Notes: generated by a model from the letters alone, not told the origin. A DNA stretch of 21,030 nt from Chiloscyllium plagiosum (GCF_004010195.1 NC_057718.1:20102351-20123380), one strand, 5' to 3'. Shown: positions 10,830 through 21,030, numbered from the stretch's first letter. Numbers and translations are program-made.

Positions 10830-11113
10830 ATGGTGACTCAGTGGTTAGCACTGTTGCCTCACAGTGCCAAGGACCCAGGTTCAATTCCAGCCTTGAGTGA
10901 GTGTCAACGTGGAGTATGCACATTCTCCCCATGTCTGCGTAGGTCTTCTCCGGATGCTCCGGTTTCCTCCCACAATCCAAAAATGTACAGGTTAGGTGAA
11001 TCAGCCATGCTAAATTGCCCATAGTGTTAGGGCTAAATGTAGAGTAATGGGGAAGGGTTTGGTGGGGACTTCGGGCCTGTTTCCAAGTTGTAGGGATTCT
11101 ATGAAATTGTATG
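10830..11113 (+). mobile_element. HE1-type (V-SINE superfamily) tRNA-derived SINE, near full length
   Basis: A-box tgactcagtgg (10834-10844), B-box ggttcaattcc (10878-10888), V-domain-like gcacattctccccatgtctgcgt...gctccggtttcctcccaca, and CR1-derived tail gggcctgtttcc...gattctatga. Possible TSD aatatat at 10823-10829 and 11114-11120. Confidence 0.88.
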
Positions 11114-11354
11114 AATATATTATTTGATAAAATATTTTAACTGTGCTTTGTTATCTATGAGCACTGTCATAGGTTAAACTTAAAAGTAGCCTGTTTTACT
11201 TCTGCTGTAAGAAGTGCTGTCTAAAAGGACATAATTGTAATCAAGGACTTTTTGTTGCTAAACTATGTTTTGGCTGCAATGCACATCAACAAATAATTCA
11301 AAGGGCATTGCCACAATATATTTTAACATCAGAAAGCTTGAAGAATTAGGGCTG

Positions 11355-11482
11355 AGGGGAGGCGGTGGCTTAGTTTATTACTAATCCAGAACCCCAGGAA
11401 AATGACGTGGATGCGTGGGCTTGAATCACCATGGCAAATGGTGAAATTTAAATTCAATAAAATTTGGAATCAAAAACTAGTG
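11355..11482 (+). mobile_element. tRNA-derived SINE 5' fragment
   Basis: Reads ggcggtggcttagt (A-box-like)...ctaatccaga...gggcttgaatcaccatggcaaatggtgaaatttaaattcaataaaa. A further piece, tgactccagacc near 11653, is the reverse complement of the SINE body at ~10416-10427. Confidence 0.55.
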
Positions 11483-11859
11483 GCAAAATTGGGGGTTTGT
11501 CCCACAAACTAGTGAATACACATATTCTCAGAATTGTACCTTATAAAACCCCAGATATCAGCATCGTTTTTCCACCAGCAGGACAAACACATCGATACTG
11601 GTAGTGCGGTGATATACGGTCATAAGGGAGTTAATATGAGAGTACATAACATTGACTCCAGACCTCATAAACACTCATGGGTATCACATCAAGTGTGGCC
11701 AAAGAAACGTTGTGCTGATTAACACCTATTAATTCCCCTTGGCTGGGAAAAAGCACTGAGGGTGGCAAGGGCACAGACATAGGGGACTTAAATGTCCATC
11801 AGCAAGAGTGGCTCAGTAGCATCACTAGGACATAGCCAGCCCAGTCAGTTAGGCTATTA

Positions 11860-13185
11860 ATAGCAGGTGATAGGGAACTAACAAGAGGGAAAGACATACT
11901 TGACCGATCTTTACCAACCTAACCATCAGAGATGTTATATGACACGACCAGACACTCAACAGATCTAGCAACTCAAAACTGAGCAACACTGAAGCACTGT
12001 GGGAAATTATTAGCAGAACTGTATTCAACCACGACCCATAAGCTCATGGCAAGCGATATGTCTGACTACCATTATCATTTAGCTAAAAGACCTGCAATCT
12101 TCATTGAACCATTGTTGGAGGTCACGCCAGGAGGAGTACCAGACACACCTAAAAATAAGCCACGAATGTGGCAAAATTACAAGATAGAAGTATTTGCATA
12201 CCAAAAACAAAAGCAACATGCAACAGACACAGAGCTAAATAATCCACAACCAAAATATCAAATCTGAGCTCTGCAATCTTGCCACACCCATGTGCGAATG
12301 GCGATGGACAATTAAAAAAAATCAACAGGAGGACAAAGTTCTACAAATATCACCAAATGCAAAGTGAGACACAAACATCAGTGCAAAAGTCAAGACTGAA
12401 GCACTTGCACGTATCTTCAGACAGAATTTCCAAATGGATGATCCATCTCTACCTTCCTTCCAAAGTTTTCAAGAAAGGAACAGAGGTGGTGGGTAAATCG
12501 AAGTCCGTACAATGGATCAATGAAATATATTCTAAAGAACTGTACTTTGAAACGGATTTCTGATTTCTAATTACATTTTTCTCATTCTGAGACAGGGGAT
12601 ACAAATCCTAAATCTACAACCTCTATTACTTAAAAGGAAAAAAGGAAGCAGTACATGACTACCAGCTACAATCTTGCCTCCAAAGGATCCACCATCCTGA
12701 CTAAGCACTGAATCATCACTCATTTGTTGCTAAGTAAAAAGTAGTATTAAAGAGGCCAATTATAAGCCATTTGAAGACACTGAATCCTGAAAAGACTATG
12801 GGCCATGACAACATTCCAACAATAGTACTGGAGACCTGTGGTCCAGAACTAGCCATGCCTTAGCCAAGCTGCTCCAGTACACCTACAAACACTGACATCT
12901 ACCTGACCCACCTGACAATGCGGAGGATCGGCCAGTTATGTCGTGGCCATAAAAAGGTCAAACATAACCTAGCTAATTACCACCTCATCAGCCTACTCTT
13001 GATCAAAATGATGGAAGGGTCACAACCAATGCTATTAAGAGTCACTTGCAAAGAAAGAACCTTCTCACTTATACTCAGTTTGGGTTCCACCTGGGCCACT
13101 TAGCTCCTGACCTCATTGCATACAGTCTTTTTCTAAAAATGGACAAAAGAACTGAACTCGAGAGAGGAGGTGAGAGTGACTAATG
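11860..13185 (+). mobile_element. Decayed LINE ORF2 (end of endonuclease, linker, RT N-terminus), fragmented
   Basis: ~12771-13180 reads across frameshifts as LKTLNPEKTMGHDNIPTIVLETCGPELAMP...LANYHLISLL...KMMEG...NLLTYTQFGFHLGHLAPDLI...WTKELNSREEVRVT, typical non-LTR RT domain 0-2 motifs (GPD.IP, NYRPISL, QFGF). About 12470-12750 may be unrelated. Confidence 0.8.
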
Positions 13186-13502
13186 TTGCTCACCCTCTAG
13201 TACCTCAACTAACTCACTCTTATGACATCAACTCAACTGAGTCTGCAGCATCGCCTCGGAACAGTCCTGGAGTATCAAATTTTATTCATAAGCTAAACCC
13301 ATGGAGTATGAATTAAATCTGCCCACTGAGAGGCAAGAATTCCTTCATTGAATGTATATCAATGTCTTAACAATTGCTTTACACATAAATGGGCATAAAC
13401 TGACAGTGTGGAGAAAGTGAGGACTGCAGATGCTGGAGATCAGAGCTGAAAATGTGTTGCTGCAAAAGCGCAGCAGGTCAGGCAGCATCCAAGGAACAGG
13501 AG

Positions 13503-13539
13503 AATCGACGTTTCGGGCATTAGCCCTTCTTCAGGAATT
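13503..13539 (-). ncRNA. Minimal type I hammerhead ribozyme motif, second copy, BIRC6-sense
   Basis: aatcgacgtttcgggcattagcccttcttcaggaatt is the exact reverse complement of 14564-14600. Confidence 0.7.
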
Positions 13540-13736
13540 AAGAAAGTGTGTCCAGCAGGCTAAAATAAAAGGTAGGGAGGAGGGACTTGGGGGAAGGGCG
13601 TTGGAAATGCGATAGGTGGAAGGAGGTCAAGGTAAGGGTGATAGGCCGGTGTGGGGTGGGGGCGGAGAGGTCAGGAAGAAGATTGCAGGTTAGGAAGGCG
13701 GTGCTGAGTTCGAGGGATTTGACTGAGACAAGGTGG

Positions 13737-14300
13737 NNNNNNNNNNNNNNNNNNNNNNNNNNNNNNNNNNNNNNNNNNNNNNNNNNNNNNNNNNNNNNNN
13801 NNNNNNNNNNNNNNNNNNNNNNNNNNNNNNNNNNNNNNNNNNNNNNNNNNNNNNNNNNNNNNNNNNNNNNNNNNNNNNNNNNNNNNNNNNNNNNNNNNNN
13901 NNNNNNNNNNNNNNNNNNNNNNNNNNNNNNNNNNNNNNNNNNNNNNNNNNNNNNNNNNNNNNNNNNNNNNNNNNNNNNNNNNNNNNNNNNNNNNNNNNNN
14001 NNNNNNNNNNNNNNNNNNNNNNNNNNNNNNNNNNNNNNNNNNNNNNNNNNNNNNNNNNNNNNNNNNNNNNNNNNNNNNNNNNNNNNNNNNNNNNNNNNNN
14101 NNNNNNNNNNNNNNNNNNNNNNNNNNNNNNNNNNNNNNNNNNNNNNNNNNNNNNNNNNNNNNNNNNNNNNNNNNNNNNNNNNNNNNNNNNNNNNNNNNNN
14201 NNNNNNNNNNNNNNNNNNNNNNNNNNNNNNNNNNNNNNNNNNNNNNNNNNNNNNNNNNNNNNNNNNNNNNNNNNNNNNNNNNNNNNNNNNNNNNNNNNNN
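13737..14300. other. Assembly gap (564 N)
   Basis: Run of N between the inverted arms. Confidence 1.
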
Positions 14301-14563
14301 GCCTAGGAACCCTCCAACCACAAGGGATGAACTCAGATTTCTCCAGTTTCCTCATTTCCCCTCCCCCCACCTTGTCTCAGTCAAATCCCTCGAACTCAGC
14401 ACCGCCTTCCTAACCTGCAATCTTCTTCCTGATCTCTCCACCCCCACCCCACTCCGGCCTATCACCCTCACCTTGACCTCCTTCCATCTATCGCATTTCC
14501 AACGCCCTTCCCCCAAGTCCCTCCTCCCTACCTTTTATTTTAGCCTGCTGGACACACTTTCTT

Positions 14564-14600
14564 AATTCCTGAAGAAGGGCTAATGCCCGAAACGTCGATT
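14564..14600 (+). ncRNA. Minimal type I hammerhead ribozyme motif, Penelope-associated
   Basis: CTGAAGA (14569-14575), an extra A, stem-loop GGGC-TAAT-GCCC (14577-14588), GAAA (14589-14592), then CGTC. This gives the palindrome ACGT and a GUC triplet ending at 14596. Helix I is weak. Confidence 0.7.
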
Positions 14601-14999
14601 CCTTGGATGCTGCCTGACCTGCTGCGCTTTTCCATAAACTGACAGTGTAACAACTGCACACTTACCAGAAGTGTATGCCTTTACAATCTTACTCAAATTT
14701 TTAGGTGGAAATTAACATAATGGATTAGCTACATCACACTCAAGGTGGCTTTAACTGAAATGGTTCTTACACAAAAAGAACATAAGCAATAGAAGCACCT
14801 GTAAGTTAATTGGCCCCTTGAATACTTTGATTTTATGTCATTATGATACTATGTACTATACTATTTCAACAAGGATTATTCCCTGGCTTGTAACCAACTC
14901 ATCGTTTTCAAGCATCGCTCATTGGTAGCACTCTTCCTTTTAAGCCAGCATTTTATGGGTAAGTTTCATGTCAGTATTGAGAACAAGTTGCACCAATAA

Positions 15000-15205
15000 T
15001 GACCATAAGAAATAGGAACAGAAGTAGGCTTTCGGTGGATAATCAGACTCTTTTTCTCCCCCCCAAGATGAAATCAAATACTAGGGGCCATAAATTTATG
15101 GCTTAAGGGAAGGGGAGAATTTAAAGGAGATGTGCGAGGTTAAGCTTTTTCTTAAAAACACAGAAGGTGGCAGTTTTCTGGAACATGCTGCCGAGGAGGT
15201 TGGAT
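15000..15205. mobile_element. CR1 fragments: short minus-strand tail then plus-strand ORF2 3' piece
   Basis: gaccataagaaataggaacagaagtaggc is a reversed CR1 tail. It is followed by actaggggccataaattta...tttaaaggagatgtgcgagg...ctggaacatgctgccgaggagg (TRGH..K...F.GDVR...WN.LP). Confidence 0.6.
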
Positions 15206-15539
15206 TCAATGTTAAGAGAAAACCTATTGGCCTTTTCAGGTAGATGGACAAGATATTATTTAGACAAAACATTATTTAAAAGAAAAATGCAGCAATTTCT
15301 CTTGGAGCCTAAGCCAACATTTATCCCTGAAAGAATGCTACCAAACAAAATGGACTATCTACAATCTATGCTATAAACTCATTTACCTTGGTTCATGTAC
15401 TGCATGCATTTACGTACAACACCCTCAGTTCTGTGTTGACCATGCTCCTTCTCATAGCTGCTATTATGTTGCTTTTACTTTTGTTTTGCTATCTGCTTGT
15501 AACAACAGAAAAGCAGGCAGCTGCAGGCTTAGTAAAACT

Positions 15540-15990
15540 CCCACCTCTGATCTTAATCTCTCTCAAAAGTCTGATTTCTGGAAAGAAACCAATGCTTGCA
15601 ATGTAAACAAATTCCCAACTTACACTATTACACCTTCACCAGCAATTCAACTGCATCTGTGGAATGGTTTTTCTGCACACAGCCAACTAAATATTGACTC
15701 ACTCGACTCCTTATTTCATGTGAATTTATTTGTTTAACTTTGATTTAAGTAATTTGTAACTCGCCTTCCTTTCCCTGTCTTAGATTAAAGCGTGTGTAAA
15801 TGTATGTTGTGAACAATTCCACTGGGTTTTGAAAGCAGTAATAAATCCTACTTTGCTTCAACCCTAAATAATTTGCTGTGTGTCATTTTAAGATGAATGT
15901 CACAAACAGCATCTTTTCTAAAAAAAGGAACGGTAAATGAAGTAATTAATAACTACCTCTATATGAGATAAAAAAAATAGTAAGAATAAT
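15540..15990 (+). mobile_element. Possible decayed LTR
   Basis: An LTR-like order of tctctctc, a T/GT-rich tract, gtaataaatc (~15838-15847) and a U5-like tail. Ends are not resolvable. Confidence 0.25.
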
Positions 15991-16261
15991 TTGGCTCATC
16001 TCTCCCTCTTATCCACGAAAGGAGCATCAATTAATATTTAATGGGAAAAATTACAGTTTGGTTGGTAAGCAGGTCTAATAGGGCAAGGTTTTATCATGAG
16101 AATGCAACATGAATTGATTTCTCCTTAATTTTTTTTAATTCAAGAACTGCGTACAGCCTGGACATGTTCTCTTTCCATGCCGAGAACTAGTCCCTGCTAA
16201 CAAATACATACAAGTCCAACCAACACAAATGAGCCAAATCTCGAGTTGTTTGTTGGTATGA

Positions 16262-16843
16262 TGAACAAAGAATGGTACAGCTCAGGAACAGGTCCTTCAG
16301 GCCACCAAATCCACACTAACACATGACACCTTTCTAAACCAAAACTCTATTGTCTCTATGTGGCCCATACTCCTCTACACTTTGCCTATTTATGTATCTG
16401 ACAAGATGTCTCAAAGTTTGCTACCACCTAGCTTGTACCATCTCCTCGAGCAGCGCTTTCCAGGCATGTACCACTCTCTGCAAAAAAAAAACCTTGTCTT
16501 TCATCTCCTTTATACTCTTTCCCTTTTACTTTAAACCTCTGTCCCCTTGTAACTGATATTTCTACCCTGGGAAAAAAAAACTGACTATCCATGCCTCTGA
16601 TAATTTTGTAAACTTCTACCAGGCCTCCAATGGTCAAGTGAAAACAAAATAAGTTTGTCCAATCGCTCCTCATAGTCAGTACCCTCCAGACAAGGCAACA
16701 TCCAAGTAAACCTTTTCTGTATCCTCTCCAAAGTTCACATCTTTCTAGTACTGTGGTGACCAAAACTGTACACAATATTCTAGATGTGGCCCAACTAAAA
16801 TTCTACAAAACTGTAACATGACTTCCAATTTTTATATTCTATA
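16262..16843 (-). mobile_element. CR1 LINE 3' fragment
   Basis: Starts with the reversed 3' end gaacaaagaatggtacagctcaggaacaggtccttc. ORF 16428..16775 gives LVEVYKIIRGMDSQFFFPRVEISVTRGQRFKVKG, a CR1 ORF2 C-terminus. Confidence 0.85.
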
Positions 16844-17064
16844 ATATTGGATTATTAAGCAAGTACCGTCCAATCGTGGGATCACATCTCATGCTGGAGA
16901 TTATATTCTGCCTTTTTCATGCTTGGAATGATCGAGTAAAGAAGTATTCTGCCAATAGACATGCTGTTGATACTTATGGCTTCTTGTGCTGACCCAGCAC
17001 TGAACTTCATATCCCACATTATTCATTTATGAGGTAGGCATTGCATCCTTTTGACTTAATTACA

Positions 17065-17492
17065 GACTCCTGGAGGAAGAATGGGCTGGAGGTCTGGGGT
17101 AGAATGGCAGAGAGCCAGAGTGAAGTGGAGGCTTGGAGCAGAGCAGCTGCGAGCTAAAGCCAAGACTGGAGGCCTCGAATACAGCGGGGATGATTGTTAG
17201 ACAGGGGTCTGACATGGCATGCAAAGCCAGTCAGACCACGTGTGGAAGGTCCTGTGCTGACCTACTGCAATGTAATGTTCATCTGATTGTATTATTTATC
17301 CTTTTAACTATGTCTTATTTCTAACATACCATGAATGACTAAGATAATACAATATTTTTTCTTCTTTATTCCTCTTTTTGTATCTAAGATTTGTACTTTG
17401 TACTTAAGATGGCACCATGAGAGGCAACACTAAACTTTTCACTGTACTTCTGTACTTGAGTACATGTGACAATAAAAACCTAATTCTAATTC
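17065..17492 (+). mobile_element. Non-LTR element 3' end, possibly Rex1/Babar-related and non-autonomous
   Basis: A G-rich body, a T-rich tract and aagatggcaccatg precede cttttcactgtac...gtacatgtgacaataaa and a short repeat tail ctaattctaattc. The family assignment is from memory and tentative. Confidence 0.45.
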
Positions 17493-17519
17493 AGTTTATG
17501 TAAAATATTAATTGTGTTG

Positions 17520-17760
17520 CTTATGCAGTAGCAGGTGATGGTTTCCTATGGATCTGCTGTCCTTGTCCTTCTCAATGGAAGTGATCACTGATTTGAAAGG
17601 TGCTGCCTCACCATCTTTGGTGAACTGGGTATTTTTCAGGTGTAAAGGTGGCAGCATTAAGTCTTTTCCTGTGTAATATCTGCAACTAACATAAGTAATG
17701 GTCTGATCAAGGAAGTCATTATCCCAGAAAACAACCTTGATATCATTTTGTGTCAAGCTG
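17520..17760 (-). mobile_element. LINE fragment, same family as 8435-8910
   Basis: ggtgatggtttcctatggatctgctgtccttgtccttct...tttgaaaggtgctgc parallels ~8650-8720. Confidence 0.55.
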
Positions 17761-18592
17761 ACAACCACGAAACAATTCAAACCCTACTTACAAGTTTGCT
17801 ATTAAAGCCAATATTATAATACATACAGTTGTACGGGAATCTCAATGTGTATATTAACCAATGATGGTAAGCTTGCAATAGACAATTAACATATCGAGGA
17901 AAGGTAGCTGAATAGACTGGTTCAATTAAAAAGTGAACGTAAACGTGGGATGGAACATGTAGCATTAAGTGCAATTTTAACAATTGAACAGTATTTGATG
18001 AACAATCCTGAGAACTAAAAATTACACTCAGAACCAACTTCAAGTCATCAGTCAGGCTCATAATGTGGCTCACATGCGATTACTAGAAGCTCCATCTGTT
18101 CATTTACAGAACATGTCCTTGCAATCAAACAGAATATCTTCAGGTATTATACTGCACTTGAACTAAACAAAATTACAGAAGCAATTATTTCCTGAAGCAT
18201 TCACCACAGCAATGCCTCATCCAGTTTAAGTTGACTTATCAACCAAGTTTAAATGGGTGAAAAGGCTAGAGTCATGTCATGATGCACCCTTTCTGGGTCT
18301 TGATAATGCTAAACAAAAACAGCAGCATGAAAACCAATTTTTTTGATTGAGTGTCTTGTGTTTGAAATGATGCTAGGAATCACAAGACACACTGAAAAAA
18401 TGTAATAACTGCTTACAAGAGCTTAGTCATGCAACAGCATACGAAGTTAAAACGAAATCAGGAGGTGCAACGGCGAAGAAAGAATGGAAGTGGCAGAAAG
18501 TGGAAGAGATGAACGTGAAGTTCACTTCTTCTTCAAAAGTTCATCACATCATAGTAATTCTAAGCACTTACTTCATTCAAATACTGATAAAT

Positions 18593-20395
18593 TAAGAACT
18601 TATGAAACAGAGAACATGGAACATTACAGCGCAGTTCAGGCCCTTCGGCGCTCGATGTTGCACCAACCTGTGAAAGCAATCTGAACCCCATCTAACCTAC
18701 ACAATTCCATTTTTGTCCATATGTCTATCCAATGTCCATGTAAATGCCCTTAAATTTGGGGAGTCTACTATTGTTGCAGGCAGTGCATTCCATGCCCCTA
18801 CTATTCTGAGTAAAGGAACTACCTCTGGCATCTGTCCTATATCTATCACCCTTCAATTTAAAATTATGCCTCCTCGTGTGAGCCATAACCATCCAAAGAA
18901 AAAAAGCTCTATCTAACCCTCTGTTTATCTTATAAGTCTCAATTAAGTCACCTCTCAACTACCTTCTCTCCAACGAAAACAGCCTCAAGCCCCTCAGCCT
19001 TTCCTTGTAAGGCCTTCCCTCCATACCACACACCATCCTAATAAATCTCCTCTGAACCCTTTACAAAGCTTCCACATCCTTCCTATAATGCGGTGACCAG
19101 AACTGTATGCATTACTCCAAGTGCGGCCACAGCAAAATTTTGTGCAGCTGCAGCAAGACCTCATGGTTCTGAAACTCAATGCCTCTACTAAAAAAAGCAA
19201 ACGCACCGTATGCCCTCTTAACAACTATAGAACCTGGGTGGCAAGTATCAGGGAGCTATGTAGGTGAACACAGAGGTCCTTCTGCTCATCTGCAATACCA
19301 AGAATCTTACCATTAGCCCAGTACTCTGCATTCCTGTTACTTCTTCCAAAGTGAATTACCTCACACTTTTCTGCATTAAACTCCATTTGCCACAGCTCAA
19401 CCCAGCTCTGCAGCTTATTCATGTCTCTCTGTAACCTACAATATCCTTTTGCAGTATCCACAACTCTACTGACTTTAATGTCATCCGCAAAATTACTAAT
19501 CCATCCTTCTATGCCCTCATCTAGGTTGTTTATGAAAATTACAAACAGCAGTGGACCCAAAACAGATTCTTGGGAAACACCAATAGTAACTGAACTCCAG
19601 GATAAATATTTCCATCAAGCACCACCCTGTCTTCTTTCAGCTAGCCAATTTCTGATCCAAACTGCTAAATCACCCTCAATCCAATGCCTCATATTTTGTG
19701 CAATAGACTACCGTGGGAAACCTGATCAAATGCCTTACTGAAATCCATATACACCACATCACTGCTTTACCCTCATCCACGTTTGGTCACCTTCTCAAAG
19801 AACTCAATAAGGTTTGTGAGGTATGACCTACCTTTCACAAAACTGTGTTGACTATCACTAATCAACTTATTCCACTCTAGATGATTATAAATCCTATCTC
19901 TTCTAACCTTTTCCAACACTTTACCCACAACCAAAGTAAGGCACACTGGTCTATAAGTACTCCCCTTGAAGGGAACATTTGCTATCCTCCAGTCTTCTGG
20001 CACTATTCCTGTAGACAATGGTGACATGAAGATCAAAGCCAAAGGCTCAGCAATCTCCTCCCTAGCTTCCTAGAGAATCCTAGGATAAATCTCCTCTGGC
20101 CCAGGGGACTTACCTATTTTCACACTTTCCAGAATTGCTAACACCTCCTCCTTGTGAACCTCAATCCCATCTAGTCTAGAAGCCTGTATCTCAGTATTCT
20201 CCTCGACAACATTGTCTTTTTTTCCAGTGTGAATACTGACGAAAAATATTCATTTAGCGCTTCCCCCATCTCCTCTGATTCCATGCACAACTTCCCACTA
20301 CTATCCTTGATTGGTCCTAATCTTACTCTAGTCATTCTTTTATTCCTGACATACCTATAGAAAGCCTTAGGGTTTTCCTTGATCCCATCTACCAT
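18593..20395 (-). mobile_element. CR1 LINE, ~1.8 kb, 5'-truncated, RT pseudogene with frameshifts
   Basis: Successive minus-strand ORFs give IKENPKAFYRYVRNKR, VPEDWRIANV...YRPVCLT...SQHSFVKGRSYLTNLIEFF, GPLLFVIFINNLDEG...ISNFADDIKV (FADD at 19480-19491), WQMEFNAEKCEVIHFG and RGDLIETYKI. The 3' tail lies near 18593-18625. Confidence 0.95.
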
Positions 20396-20416
20396 GATGT
20401 TTTAAAAAATTCTCAA

Positions 20417-20994
20417 GGTCAAGGACCAGGCTCGCAGGAAAGTAGTCTGACACAGAACAAACAGCCAAGAGGCGAGTCTGCTAGAATATAAGTGTTTTAT
20501 TCCCCGCAGCGTCGCCACAACCAGGTCTCGTACTTACAACGGGTCTGGTTTATACTCACTCTACGTGTTACCGGAACTGGAAGCCGTCAGTTCTCGTAGA
20601 GCGGTTGCCAACAACCCACGCTCGGCGGTTAAACGCAACCCCGGAGCAGACTCTACCGAACTGGAGACTTCTCCAGCTGATATACCCTTTTCCAGATATA
20701 AACATTCATGTGAACAGCAGAGCAAGGCTAAAAAACACATTCCATTCTGGTTACATACAGATAAGAAGATTCACACGGGAAGGTGTATAACAAGATTCAC
20801 ACGAGACTAAGCGACACCTTCCATTTTCGGTTAGAGCAGAGCAAGGCTAAAAAACACATTCCATTCTGGTTACATACAGATAAGAAGATTCACACGGGAA
20901 GGTGTATAATAAGATTCACACGGGACTAAGCAACACCTCCATTCCGGTTAGATTCACACATGTATTGGGACACAATTTTAACCCTTTCACCACA
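20417..20994 (-). mobile_element. Probable solo LTR, relatively young and CpG-retaining
   Basis: The minus strand starts TGTGGTGAAAGGG at 20994, has a tandem duplication in the U3 position, a TATA-like gggtatatcag near 20677-20687 and AATAAA (tttatt 20497-20502), then a U5-like end. The left boundary and TSD (tcaa/tcag) are imperfect. Confidence 0.6.
20716..20951. repeat. Tandem duplication, two units of 119 and 117 bp
   Basis: Units start agcagagcaaggctaaaaaacacattcc at 20716 and 20835 and both end cggttag. They differ by only a few substitutions and small indels. Confidence 0.95.
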
Positions 20995-21030
20995 TCAGGT
21001 CACAGGATTATTCCCACACAGTATTGACCA

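Larger units (their letters stand above)
13410..14632. mobile_element. Penelope-like retroelement with inverted pseudo-LTR arms; centre in an assembly gap
   Basis: 16-bp direct repeat cataaactgacagtgt at 13394-13409 and 14633-14648 (TSD). Inverted arms at 13464-13736 and 14367-14631. The plus-strand ORF end LGTLQPQGMNSDFSSF (from 14303) resembles the conserved C-terminus of the Penelope GIY-YIG domain (L.TL.P.G.N). Hammerhead motifs lie in both arms. Confidence 0.85.
5440..21030 (-). other. BIRC6: Probable 3' part of BIRC6 intron 1; exon 1 lies beyond the window
   Basis: No BIRC6 exon-1-like or CpG-island sequence is seen upstream of the 5439 acceptor, and the region is repeat-dominated. The N gap cannot be inspected. 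Confidence 0.7.

Noticed and set aside
10785..11024. ORFs on both strands and a tRNA-like A/B-box arrangement
   Set aside because: Fully explained by the HE1-type SINE. There is no complete cloverleaf, so it is not a tRNA gene.
13587..14413. Four long ORFs (216-239 aa) in the ORF track
   Set aside because: They are artefacts of reading through the 564-N gap. Only the LGTLQPQGMN... tail is informative, as a Penelope ORF end.
15388..15606. Hydrophobic 72-aa ORF resembling a membrane micropeptide
   Set aside because: Non-ATG start, antisense to BIRC6, and the hydrophobicity is explained by T-rich low-complexity sequence.
18500..18535. Imperfect hairpin gaagagatgaac...gttcacttcttc
   Set aside because: Too short and low-complexity for a pre-miRNA, and expected by chance.
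20565..20810. 81-aa and 61-aa ORFs; repeat structure superficially array-like
   Set aside because: The ORFs have no recognisable domain and lie in the LTR-like segment. The repeats are a tandem duplication without unique spacers in a vertebrate locus, so not CRISPR.

Overview
This is eukaryotic DNA, most likely from a shark or other elasmobranch, judged by HE1-type SINEs, abundant CR1 LINEs and shark-type Penelope termini. The only protein-coding sequence I can support is two minus-strand exons of BIRC6 (BRUCE/Apollon): 5258-5439 (182 nt) and 298-435 (138 nt). Both have canonical AG/GT boundaries and match exons 2 and 3 of human BIRC6 as I recall them. Everything from 5440 to the window end is probably the large first intron and is dominated by transposon remnants: CR1 and other LINE fragments (some nested), tRNA-derived SINEs, a 200-bp TA-flanked MITE and probable solo LTRs. 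The most notable structure is a young Penelope-like insertion (13410-14632). It has a 16-bp target-site duplication, ~265-bp inverted arms about 98% identical around a 564-N gap, and a minimal hammerhead-ribozyme motif in each arm. One motif is in the BIRC6 sense orientation. Most other ORFs in the track are spurious or decayed reverse-transcriptase fragments. I see no convincing undescribed gene system. Repeat family names come from recognition, not a database search, and repeat boundaries are approximate unless a TSD or TIR is quoted.
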